The notes below the pieces were generated by a model, which made no database searches, was not told the DNA's origin, and saw only the letters and a program-made list of their open reading frames with translations. A DNA stretch of 64,000 nucleotides from Macrostomum lignano (taxonomy: Eukaryota): contig NIVC01001129.1 of assembly GCA_002269645.1 (NCBI GenBank), positions 177,390 to 241,389 of the forward strand. The letters run 5' to 3'. The translations under genes were made by a program, and so were the position numbers. Of this stretch, positions 21,672 through 32,410 are shown piece by piece; position 1 is the stretch's first letter; every line of letters starts with the position of its first letter.

Positions 21672-22534
21672 CGCCGCTGCGGGCAGAGCCTGTGCACGTG
21701 GCTGAATACCTGGCCGAGCTGTCCACCCGGCTGTCAGCCTTTCGGAGTTGCCAGGCGTATGCTAACGCGGTCTCGCTGTACTTCAGAGCTCTCGGCCGGC
21801 CGGACCCGTGCGAGTCGTCGATGGTTAAGCTGGTGCTTCGTGGTCTTCGCCGGTGTCTCAGTCGGCAGCAGCGCTCAAGGGAGCCATTCAGAGTCACGGA
21901 TCTCCTCAAGCTACACGCCCACCTGGACCAACGTCTGAAGAGTGACATCGCGTTCTGGGCAGCAGTTCTGGCAGCCTGGTGGGGTATGCTGCGAAAAGCG
22001 AATGTGACGACGCAATCGGGGCAGCTCGATCTGTGGTGCGACCTGGCAGCATCGAGCATCGTCTTTTCAGAGTACGACTGTGAGCTCACTGTGCGGCATT
22101 CGAAGACCAACCAGTTTGGCGATCGAGTTCAGCGAGTGTTTCTTCCGAAACTGCCTGATGGAAGCTTGGGTGTCCTGTGCCCGTTCCGTGCGCTCGAGCG
22201 GCAGCTACGGACAAACCGAATCGGCCTGGCGCCGCGTCCGGTTCACCTGTTCTCCACGTGGTCGTCCGCGGGATGGTTGCCTCTGACGGCTAGCAGGTTT
22301 GATAGCCGGCTTCGTTCGCTCTGCACATCGGCGGGTTTGTCGCCACGCGAGTTCACTGGCCACGGGCTGCGGCGGGGCGGCGCTACGGCAGCCATGCGGC
22401 TCGGTGTTCCACTGCCGATGATCAAGAAGCTGTGCGACTGGAAGGGCAACTCAGTGTTTCGCTATCTATCTGTTCGGGACTCGGATGCCAGGGCGGCTGT
22501 GCATGGCTTGGCTCGTCGGGTTGGCGCGCTCTAA
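21491..22534 (+). CDS. Tyrosine recombinase (ORF3)
   Basis: Frame open from 21491. N-terminal AYAPRTKRSY...WLRFC; catalytic R (MLRK), K (HSKTNQ), HGLRR, W and RYL residues present. First in-frame ATG is only at 21821. Confidence 0.92.
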   Translation, partial: PCFLPCCLHFSHFTGPPRQTPDRLSKRCAFILGNAYAPRTKRSYRSQLASWLRFCNSRHLTPLRAEPVHVAEYLAELSTRLSAFRSCQAYANAVSLYFRALGRPDPCESSMVKLVLRGLRRCLSRQQRSREPFRVTDLLKLHAHLDQRLKSDIAFWAAVLAAWWGMLRKANVTTQSGQLDLWCDLAASSIVFSEYDCELTVRHSKTNQFGDRVQRVFLPKLPDGSLGVLCPFRALERQLRTNRIGLAPRPVHLFSTWSSAGWLPLTASRFDSRLRSLCTSAGLSPREFTGHGLRRGGATAAMRLGVPLPMIKKLCDWKGNSVFRYLSVRDSDARAAVHGLARRVGAL

Positions 22535-23939
22535 CTCTCTCTCTCTCTCTATGTCGAACTTTCTGGTTTGGGTTGGGCCAGGCTCGAACCTGCGCCTCTC
22601 GTGCCAACTGCCTTGACTTCGTCTCACTGGTTTAATAACGTCAGTTAGTTGTTGCTGCTAAATTTCTGCAACAAAAATTGCTGCATTTGCTTTGCAATCG
22701 TAATTTGTTCCTCCCACTTACTACTCAGACTAATGCTGATCAGGAACTGTAGTAAATTTGGCTGAGTAAATTTGAGTTTTCCTCACTTAGAAAGTGTCTC
22801 AGGATCCCCTCGCTAGTTTTCTATTCTTACAAAGGCCAATAAATCTGTGAAGTGTCTGCACGTCGAAGGCTCCAAGACAATCAGAAGATTTCGACTACAT
22901 TTCTTCTTTTACTCAAAAACACTCTAGTGAAAAAAATTATCTTCAAAGACTTTATTGTCAATTCTCTTTCACAATACGAGGTATCTATATAGGCGCACAT
23001 GTGCTACAAGCACTGGGATTTCTGTAAAGTCTGTTGCGATCCTATTCCCAAAAGATTTCTGAGCTTGAAAGTAGTTGTTTTTTCCACAATTGCGAACCTT
23101 CTATGATTCTTAAGACTCGTAGAAAAAGGCTCTTGAAAATGTTCCTACCGCATTGTCCTTACTTGGGGGTTACTGACTTCAAGCAAGCCTATGAGAAACT
23201 AAAAGTTCCTGCGAATCTAATTTTATTCAATATTAACTATAAAGCGAATCTCCTAAAGAACTTCTTGTTGATTTAAAGTAAGTAGCTCGTATGCTCGATT
23301 CCAACAAATTCATATCTCTCTCGTATTTCTCAGACGCATCCGATTCTGTGTGAGTTTCTTTCTCCCATTTCTAAGAATTCCTTCTGAGTTTGGACAGGTG
23401 ATGTCGCCAGACGAAATTCTCACGAGTTTGAAATTCTTGCCTCGCATTGTTTTCAGTTCCAGCTATATTGACACTACTGGAATGGGCACTAGTTTGGTTG
23501 GTCCAAGCACTAACAGGCTCTAAGAATATCTGACATAACTAAGGTGGATGCATGCATGGTGCCTTTTATGTCCATTGACATGCATGCAAACTTATACAAG
23601 ATGGTACAGATTTCATCAGCTAAATATCCCTTTGAGGCTGTCACCCATGACAAGCTCACCCACACAAATCATAAAATAGCTACAAGTTAGATTTGCTGGT
23701 GTCATCGCAGATTCACATTTAGATTTTAGTAAAGCTGCACTAACTTACTTACTGCGAGTAGTGTGCTTGGGAAAAGTAATTAAAGAGTGTATTTGCTCAA
23801 AGCATCTCCGACTGTAAATATTATTGATTGCATATAGTTTGTCAGAAAAGTCAAGGCGGACTGTGCATAACCAATATTTATAATATTAATAATACTACTC
23901 ATTCGCACTCATACACACGCACTCATTCACACGCACTCA

Positions 23940-25430
23940 TACACACGCTCACACAGGGTTTAAAGTGACCTGAATTTCTAATCGTCAGGCATGTACACTG
24001 TGCCTTGGCGGCTGGCCCTCGTGGCTGTGAATCGCACGACAATCCGCCGGCCAATTATTGGTGCACACAAGCCCCAAATGAATATGGCGCTGGCGCCCCT
24101 GGTGCTGGCGCTCCTGGTGCTGGCGCCTCTGGTGCTGGCGCCCCTGGTGCTGGCGCCCCTGGTGCTGGCGCCCCTGGTGCTGGCGCCTCTGGTGCTGGCG
24201 CCCCTGGTGCTGGCGCCCCTGGTGCTGGCGCCCCTGGTGCTGGCGCCTCTGGTGCTGGCGCCCCTGGTGCTGGCGCCCCTGGTGCTGGCGCCCCTGGTGC
24301 TGGCGCCCCTGGTGCTGGCGCCCCTGGTGCTGGCGCCCCTGGTGCTGGCGCCCCTGGTGCTGGCGCCCCTGGTGCTGGCGCCCCTGGTGCTGGCGCCCCT
24401 GGTGCTGGCGCCCCTGGTGCTGGCGCCCCTGGTGCTGGCGCCCCTGGTGCTGGCGCCCCTGGTGCTGGCGCCCCTGGTGCTGTGCTGGCGCCCCTGGTGC
24501 TGGCGCCCCTGGTGCTGGCGCCCCTGGTGCTGGCGCCCCTGGTGCTGGCGCCCCTGGTGCTGGCGCCCCTGGTGCTGGCGCCCCTGGTGCTGGCGCCCCT
24601 GGTGCTGGCGCCCCTGGTGCTGGCGCCCCTGGTGCTGGCGCCCCTGGTGCTGGCGCCCCTGGTGCTGGCGCCCCTGGTGCTGGCGCCTCTATTGCTGGCG
24701 CCCCTAATCGCGTCTGAATTTTGGTTCGATTCGGTGCTTGTGAGCTCGAAAATTGGCCTTTGGGCTTTTCGTGCAATTCACGCACATGATGGCCAGCCTC
24801 CAAGGCACAGGGAGTGTTGCAGAGAGGATTAGAAAGTGTGAGAAGATTTCGCTTTAGCACACTAGAGAGAGGGGAAAGGAGAGAGAGAATTAGGTCTAAG
24901 TGTCTAAACGCTCGAACTCCCACTTCCAGACACTAAGTCTGGGAACAAAAATGTAGTGCACTTACTGTTGCAGGCTCCTCGTCTTTGTCGGGCAGGTTCT
25001 CCGAGCTCGTGTCTTCAAATCTTCTTCTCCGGAGGAATCCCTCAGAGATGTAGCCTCGAGTAGCCTCTGCAGTAAGCTCAAGATGTTTTGAGGCTGCTCC
25101 GAGTCTGAGATTTTTAGCTCGGATTTTGGCTTGTATTTATAGGAAAACTTCGTGAAAAAACAGATTATTTTAGTAGGTGACAGTTTTGCGTTTTAGAAAT
25201 TTGACCCCTATAGAATACATTAGGTTTGAGCATCGAATACCATATTCAGAGTTCTAATTTTAAATGTTGCACAAGATGGTCATTTGTTGCTTTCATGGTC
25301 TTAAATACAGTGTGACAATTTGCAGTTTTTAGCTTTTGAGTTTTTACGTTACTACTTATAGTACTTTACTTTGTACCGTATTTGGAGATCTCTACAAGTC
25401 AAGGCCGCTGTAAACACTGTATTTGGGCGA
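23940..25430. mobile_element. Fold-back module 2; 15-bp array 24086-24705 (~41 units); right arm interrupted by a solo LTR
   Basis: Same arms as 8495-9115. Confidence 0.75.
24837..25396 (-). mobile_element. 560-bp solo-LTR-like insertion
   Basis: Minus strand TGTAGAGA...TCTCACA ends with an internal CCTATAAATAC. Absent from the unit-1 arm (9085 AAATTGTCAAGG). TSD ambiguous (AG or AAGT overlap). Confidence 0.7.
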
Positions 25431-26040
25431 CTGTAAAACAATTATTGTACAAATTATCAATGCATCATACAGCGTTTCAAATGTAAATAATAAATATGAA
25501 CAAGATAAAACCGATGCTTTTAAATCTGCATGCACAACGTGTTCGCGCATCCACACAGCTTGCTGATCCTCTATTTGATGTAGCAACTGACCGGAAGCTT
25601 CCAGTTTTGTAGCTGCTGTTACTGCATTGTCGATCAGACAAACAGCCTGAGGCAGCACAGAGCAAGCTAAATATGAGCTAGAGATGAGAACTTATCGCGA
25701 AGAAGAAGTTGCATTAGCTAATAGCAGAAACTGAAGCAAGCAGTCATGGTGACAGGATGCTTGCTTTTCTTGAAAAACTTATCTAAAAGGCGCACTAATG
25801 GATCCACACGCAGTTTAATGGGCAAACAAAGTTTGCCATTATGTTTGCTCGCTAACTGAAAGCTAGCCAAGCTTTAAGCGTTTTAGTGTTCTGAATGGCT
25901 TCCGCTGACTGATGGACAGCTAGATAAGACAAACCGGAGAGATTGGAAGACAATTTTGCTACTTTTGAGCATTCACGATTGCATAGGAGTTTAGTTACTC
26001 CAGTATCCTGAGAAACTGGTGCGAAGTTTCTACTTTACGC

Positions 26041-26081
<41 letters not shown>

Positions 26082-26082
26082 A

Positions 26083-26129
<47 letters not shown>

Positions 26130-26168
26130 ATTTCTACGCTAACTATCTATCTATCTATCTATATATGG

Positions 26169-26254
<86 letters not shown>

Positions 26255-26255
26255 A

Positions 26256-26304
<49 letters not shown>

Positions 26305-26328
26305 AAACTACACCCATAAGGATACATG

Positions 26329-27233
26329 TGTAGTGACTGGCTGCTAACTAGCTATTCAGCAGCATTCACTAGCTTTCCCTAAGGGTGCTGTGATCCGCTG
26401 CACAGTAGCTCAGTCCACCTGATCTAGTGAGAGAGATACCCTGTGCTGGGCCTAAGTGTTTACTGCCCGATGACTCATCGCCTGAGCAGGCGCGGGCAGC
26501 CACACTCAATGTCTTTCCACTCGCGCTGAGGAGGCGTAGCAGGATGACTCATCACCTGCGCGGAGTGTAAGGGCTGCCTAGAGGGAGTAAACAGGATGAC
26601 TCATCCGCCCATGTTATATTTTTAGCACAGAAAAGCACGTGACTGTGCACGCACACTGTGCGTGGCCACTGACCTTGAGTCACGCCACTGCTGCGTGACA
26701 GGCTTGCCTTATTTGGAAGTTGGCCTTGAATCACGCGTCGCTCGCATGATTTTAGTGACCAAATAAGGAAGTTTCACGCGCTCACCGCATGAAACTCACG
26801 TGACTTTTGGGAGTCCGCTCGGCTATAAATACGGAGCATCTGCGAGCCATTTTTCTCCAGATCGCGTCGTCCTGCCTGAGCTCGACCGGAGCTGCCTCTC
26901 TGCCTCCGAGCTCTCCTCTCTCATTTCAGGTTTTACAGGTTTTCAGGTTCGAGCAGCATTTAACTAAGACGATCGACTGTCGAGACGTTTTTCAGATTTG
27001 CCTTTGCTCCGAGCGACTTCATTATTTTATTTCAGGTGACGGATAGACAACTCTGCCGACGCGTCGAGTCCGCACACCAAGGTGGCAGCAACCCTACCAA
27101 GTCAAGGCTAACGTTTTAGGTTCTTTTTCAGGCAAATCGATAGGTAGTACAACGGTACTACCTAGCTACTTCAGGAGCAGCGGGTTCTATTTCTAGGAAC
27201 ACCTTCAAGAACTCGGGAAGGAGTAGTACATCA
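26329..27233 (+). mobile_element. 905-bp solo LTR with TATA box and four AP-1-type sites
   Basis: TG...CA ends with a 4-bp TSD CATG (26325-26328 / 27234-27237). TATAAATA at 26824. TGACTCA at 26471, 26545, 26597 and TGAGTCA at 26676. Confidence 0.85.
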
Positions 27234-27820
27234 CATGCCTGAAGATTAGAAAGTCAGGGTCGCTGCACACCCTGAGCAAGAGTGTGCATGAGTGCTGTGC
27301 CTGCGTACAGTATTGGCGCGCTTGCATGTGCGCAGGAGCCGGCGGAATGGGCAGAATTGCGATCAGCGCTGCTTGTGGGATGATGTCGCCGAAGGCTTTG
27401 CGCTATGATGCCAACAACCTTTCTTAACTCTTCTTTTTGATAAGTTGATACCGGTATTCTCAGTCACTGGATTTACAGAGCTAGACAATTATTGGCGTTT
27501 CACTCGTGTTGGTTTCAAACACCTGAATAAACGTTAAATACCGGAAATCAATCGTCCAAAATATTATTGAATTTTCATAAATTATTTGCCTTTGCAGAAA
27601 CAGAGCATATCGAGTCCACTACTGATCGTACATTTAACGTGGTCAAGGATGCTATGCTTCAAATATTTCAACCCAATTATAATTCCCCCTCTTTGTGATT
27701 GGTTTAGAGAACATGTATTTAAGTTTTGACACGACGCATTTCTGATTCCCTTTGGAAGCCATTTCCATTTGAAGCATAAAAATTTATTCTGAAAAATCAT
27801 TGCTTCAAAAAGCTAGGGAA

Positions 27821-30800
27821 ATGAAAACGTTGCCAATGATCTTCAATTTAACTCTGCTGCTGGTTTTCTGCTGCGATTTCGCTCAAAAAGTGCTTGGTAG
27901 GTTTGATTTAACCGCGTCTATCTATCTGTCTATCTATCTATCTATCTACGCTATCTACTATCTATAGCCAGGACCTGCACCGGAGCGGTTACGAAAATTA
28001 GATTTCTCGGTAGTTGCACGTACTCTTTTGCACTACTTGAGTAGTCTGATTTTCGTTCGGCATGGCTGGTTCCAGCAGGTGGTTTTGTCTCGCATAGAGA
28101 CGCCTAACCGCAGTCACTTCTGTGAAACTTGTCTCTGCCTGGCTGAAAGCTTGTAATGAGTGAGTAGGCTGGGTTGGAGGGTAATAGTGGATCGGGAGGG
28201 GCTGTGGGTAGCTGTATAGGAAGGCAGGCCTATACCTGTACCAAGGTGCTCTGACGGTATCCCTCAGGCGCCCTCTGAGCGTACAGCCAGCGACCCTATT
28301 AAAGCTGGAGTGTGCCAGAACCAGGACTGAGTCTGAGCAGGACGAGACCGTTGGCACGGTCATAATAGAAATGGCGGGTTGGCGAAGCAAAGGGTGAAAT
28401 AGTCCCGGCGATTAGCCCTCCTGCCGCTTCAAAGATAAGAGACTGTCTGTTGGCAAGAGTACCCGGGGTTTAGTTGGGGGGGAGGCTCCTTCGGGTTGCC
28501 ACGGCCGTGGGGGCGGTCTTATGACCGGTGTTTTGGCCTATCTAACCCAGGAGAAGGCACGGGCTCCCCTGAATGGTTCACTCTTCTCCCTCTAGCCTCG
28601 GGGAGGTTTATGATTTGTACCCGGGGGTGGTGGGCGGTCGGCCCCAGCATGGTAGCCACGGCTCTAGGCCTTCGGGCCATCCCTAATAGGCTTGGGTCTA
28701 TCTAACCTGGTTTTTGGGCACGGGCTTCCTGACTGGTATGTCGTTCCGCTGTCACTGTCCCCGGGGAGGTTTGGTTTTTTTGATACAGCCCTGTACAGTC
28801 CTCTATAGTCTAACTTGGCTTTTAGTGTACATTAGTACACTCCCTAGTAGGAAACTTATTTATGTCTAGTGGCGTAAGAGCCTATTTCAATGGCTGAGGC
28901 GCCGGAGCACTTATTTAGTTAGTTAGTTAGTCGTTCGGCATGGCTGGTTCCAGCAGGTAGTTCCTCTGGATAAAAGCGCTTACCGCGCCCATTGGCTTTC
29001 CAGCTGCCTTAATCGTTTCCGGTGATCTTGTGTGCGTGCTTTCAGCTTGATTGGCTGCGGCTTGGTGACAACCGGCAAGAGGCATTGCTGCCCATTCCAC
29101 CGACTCCCCTGTGCAGGCACACAAACGCTTGGATATATACGCACAGGCACTCACTCACACAGGAGTGTACAGCGGCCCTAACTTTATTTATCGTTTTGTC
29201 TTGGGGCTTTGGCCCTCAAGGCCATAAAGTGCACGAGCAGAGCCAAGCCGAGATTCCAATTTAGCCCCAAACTGATGTGACTGCACTTGGAATCGAGCCT
29301 GGGCCGCTGGCACACCAGAGCGCCGCGACAGACCACTGGGCTCCGCCCCTCCTAGACTGCTGTTAGTAGAAGCTCGAGATGGGACGTCCAATGAGAAAAT
29401 ATTTCAACTCAGTTTTCTATGAAGAGGTAGCTTCGACAGATCGAATTGAGATTGATACACAAGAATAGGTAGCTTTGGGCAGATTTAACGAATTAGACTA
29501 AATAAATAAATATACTGTCATATGTGCATCGTCTGCAGGTGCCGAGAAAATCACCGTTCCCAAAAACAAGCCTGCTAAGCAGTCTTCAAAGTACCGCTCA
29601 AACGACGACCCAGCCCTGGCCAACAACGGCAACACCGGCGGCTCCCTTGTGCGCCTGTCGAACTGCTTCGAGTGCGCGAACAACGACCCGCTACCCTGGT
29701 GGATGGTTGACATGGGCGAGATCTACTTTGTCCACCAGGTGAAGGTGTGGAACAGAATCAACTGCTGTGCTGACCGGTTTCGGCAGGTTAGCGTTGGTAA
29801 GTTGCTGCTGCGAAGATTTTTTAATCCATTGTTTTACATTAACTACGAGTACATTGCAGCGATGGCAAAAATTTAGGTTTGATTTTTTTCTTTTTCACTA
29901 GTGTACATGTATCTTTTACTAATCGAAATGCTGAGAGCGGCATAAAGCTTGCATTTTGTGTTGGCATATTGGTAGCAATTTCGAGTATTTTATGTCAGCT
30001 CCATTAATCCGAATCAGTTCGACGAGTCTGACTGGTCAATATGCTATAGACGATTATCTTTTTGAAAGGGCAAGAATCACCTGGCAGGCTGGAGCTCAAT
30101 GCTTTATGCCTGCCGCTTGAGAGATTGTTGGTAATTACGAGCGTAATATTAACTTTGCACAAATATTAGCCTGCCTCCAAATTTCCAGAGATTTTTCCAT
30201 AAGAGACTTATGGGATAGTCTTCGTACTTTGAAGATTCGGGCACCTGGCTCAATGTTTCTACTTTGCTAACCCCTGAAATATGCCTCCCTAATCAAATCC
30301 TCTCTATATTCCAGGTGTGGCTAAAAATCCCATCGTATGGACGTCCTTCAACCAGGACCTGTTCGAACGCTGCGGCTACTGGCCCGGGGTGGCCACGGTC
30401 GCTGACAATCCCATCGTGTTCACCTGCCCCAGCCCCATCGGAGGCAGGTACCTGGCCGTGTACAAAAACACCAGCGGACTGAGCGACGGCAGTGCCAGGC
30501 TGCACTTTTGTGAGGCTGACATCCTGGCAGGTTAGATGGACCTTTGTACGAGCGTAGCTTTGGTAGTTCCTTCATATAATGCTCTGGCAGTTCAAATATA
30601 GGAATAATGGGCTACATCACCGTCACTGAGTGTTACTTGGGCTGATTAATAGGCAACAAGATTAAGACGCGCCGGTAGATACTGAGCTACCGTATTTAAT
30701 TTAAGTCACAATTATTGGGTATTTCTAGTTCGCTCTTGACTATCACCTTATTTTATTAAAAATATTCTTAAAAATTAAATTTCATTCCTAAAGCCGTCCA

Positions 30801-31048
30801 TAATCTCGTTCGAGGCTAAGGTCATTCCACCAAGGTTCTCAACGAAGCCAACCGACTCGCAGCTCGATGGCTCTCCGATTGCTGTCAAGTTGAACATCGC
30901 CTGCGTGCGTGAGTGCGGCAGCCACCCAATGTGCCTCTACACTTTGTACAAGCACGGCAACTGCTGGCTGTTCTCATCTGGCAGCATCTCCGATAGCTTC
31001 ATCAGCATCCTGAGCGGTGGAGATGCCAAGTTTATGCAGCTGAACTAA
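27821..31048 (+). CDS. F-type lectin + PAN gene copy 3; exon-4 acceptor mutated (probably lectin-only product or pseudogene)
   Basis: Exons 27821-27896 (MKTLPMIFNLTLLLVFCCDFAQKVL), 29539-29796, 30315-30530 and [30786-31048]. The acceptor reads TTCAT (30781-30785) instead of TTCAG. Confidence 0.8.
28053..28958 (+). mobile_element. ~850-bp insertion ending in (TTAG)n and bounded by a 28-bp direct repeat, intron 1 of copy 3
   Basis: TCGTTCGGCATGGCTGGTTCCAGCAGGT at 28053 and 28931, with TTAGTTAGTTAG just before the second copy. Paralog at 37725-38650. Confidence 0.55.
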
Positions 31049-31260
31049 TCATCATATATTCGCCAACTAACTGAACTCGAATAATTAAACTCTTCTTTAA
31101 AACTTTTACGCAGAGCTTTTAGCCTTTGAAGAATACTAAAAATGTCTCTATTTACCTATAAATTTTTTATGTAGAATAACCTGAGTGGCAGGGTTACCTT
31201 ATCCAGAGTAAAGTGCATGAAACAGTCAAGCAGACATGCAGCTACGATCGTATAGTTAAT

Positions 31261-31398
31261 AAATTAAAATAGCCTAAAGCCTGATCCGGAAAATTTGCAG
31301 TTTTCCCATATAAGTTTCGACGCTGACTTGCCAGAATTGTAGGAGTTCACTTACAACATACAGACAGACAAACATCGCGTCAGTTTTTGTATTAGGGG
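31261..31398 (+). mobile_element. 138-bp Helentron-associated (HINE/DINE-1/Lep1-like) insertion
   Basis: Absent from unit 1 (6130 TTAAT|ATAAGT). Contains ACAGACAGACAAAC and ends TTGTATTAGGGG(AT); no TSD. Confidence 0.5.
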
Positions 31399-31693
31399 AT
31401 AAGTACGAAGCACGAGTGCCTTGCATTTTCTAAAGGGTTTTTTCAGGACTTCTCATAGCCGATATTTTTTGTTTGTCCAGATGTTAACAAATGGAGTCGT
31501 TTTAAGATAAAAAATTCCTAAATATTTTAAAGTCTGTGATTTTTCTGCAACAAAAATTCCTGCCTTGGCTTGTAAATCGTAATTGTGCCTCGATTCGTTT
31601 GGGCCACAAACGATTGTGCTGACGGAAATTGTGAACTAAGTAAATTTTTGCGCGCCTTTCAGGCATCGAAACAGGAATACAACAGATTGCTTA

Positions 31694-32410
31694 TCTGCGA
31701 ATAGTCTATGGTCAAGCCGCCCCCCCATATTTGGATACCCATTTGCAGATGAGCAGTCTGTATATTCCTGTATCAATGCGTTTGCGAGGATATTTTTTAC
31801 ACTCACATCGTTACACGTTACACTCACATCGGCCGAATTGCATGGTTTGTTCCGCATGGGATCCTCGGGGCAAGCCTCTTCTTCGCTTGGCAGTGATGGC
31901 AGAGCATCATCGTTACCGCATTCAATGAATCGGATGAACTCCATCAACTCGTTCATTCATTCGCCTCGATGACAATCGAGGATGACAATCGGATGAACTC
32001 CTTCATTCGCCTCGTCACGTCCACCCATACTCAAGTCGCTGAGAAAGTTGACCTCATTTCCATTCAAGCCGTCAATGCTTTCAATCGGCAAATTCGACCA
32101 ATTTATCATTCGGATGAGCGGCATGAATAAAGGTTAGGGCAAACAGAAGAAATAGGAACATGTAATCCTCTGCTGCAGAGTTCCAGCTTATAAGACCACA
32201 ACTTCATTTAACATGTTTCGTCTATGGTAATTTCAGACTGTTCCGCTTAACTTTTCGTTCCAGACGTTTTGTCTATGGCCATCATTTGGCTTGCGCCAAG
32301 TGGAAAATGCCTGACACAAATCCCTAGAATCGCTTAGTCTCGTCTGGCAAATATAACCCGTTGGGAATATCCAAAGATGGGGGGCGGCTTGACCATAGAC
32401 TATTCGCAGA
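31694..32410. mobile_element. 717-bp MITE-like element with ~43-bp terminal inverted repeats
   Basis: 31694-31737 is the near-perfect reverse complement of 32368-32410. Confidence 0.8.

Larger units (their letters stand above)
18554..22654 (+). mobile_element. Near-complete DIRS-order tyrosine-recombinase retrotransposon (Ngaro-like protein content, no methyltransferase domain seen)
   Basis: gag-like ORF, RT, RNase H and YR in order. It interrupts sequence that is contiguous in other array units (6255-6290; 31510-31560). TTGTTG occurs at both junctions (18548-18553, 22649-22654). Confidence 0.93.
22970..31050 (+). repeat. Segmental duplication unit nearly identical to ~32770-40740 (period ~9.7 kb)
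   Basis: Collinear modules (fold-back array, 560-bp LTR, CTAT tract, 905-bp LTR, lectin gene) match almost base for base; they differ mainly in repeat copy number. Confidence 0.92.

Noticed and set aside
23034-23276. ORF with DFKQAY resembling an RT motif (also ~7530 and 32833)
   Set aside because: Only six residues of similarity, no flanking RT motifs, and the frame is broken in unit 1.
25392-25665. Short minus-strand ORFs conserved across units (LHQIEDQQAVWMREH...)
   Set aside because: Conservation is explained by recent duplication; starts and frames differ between units and no domain was recognised.
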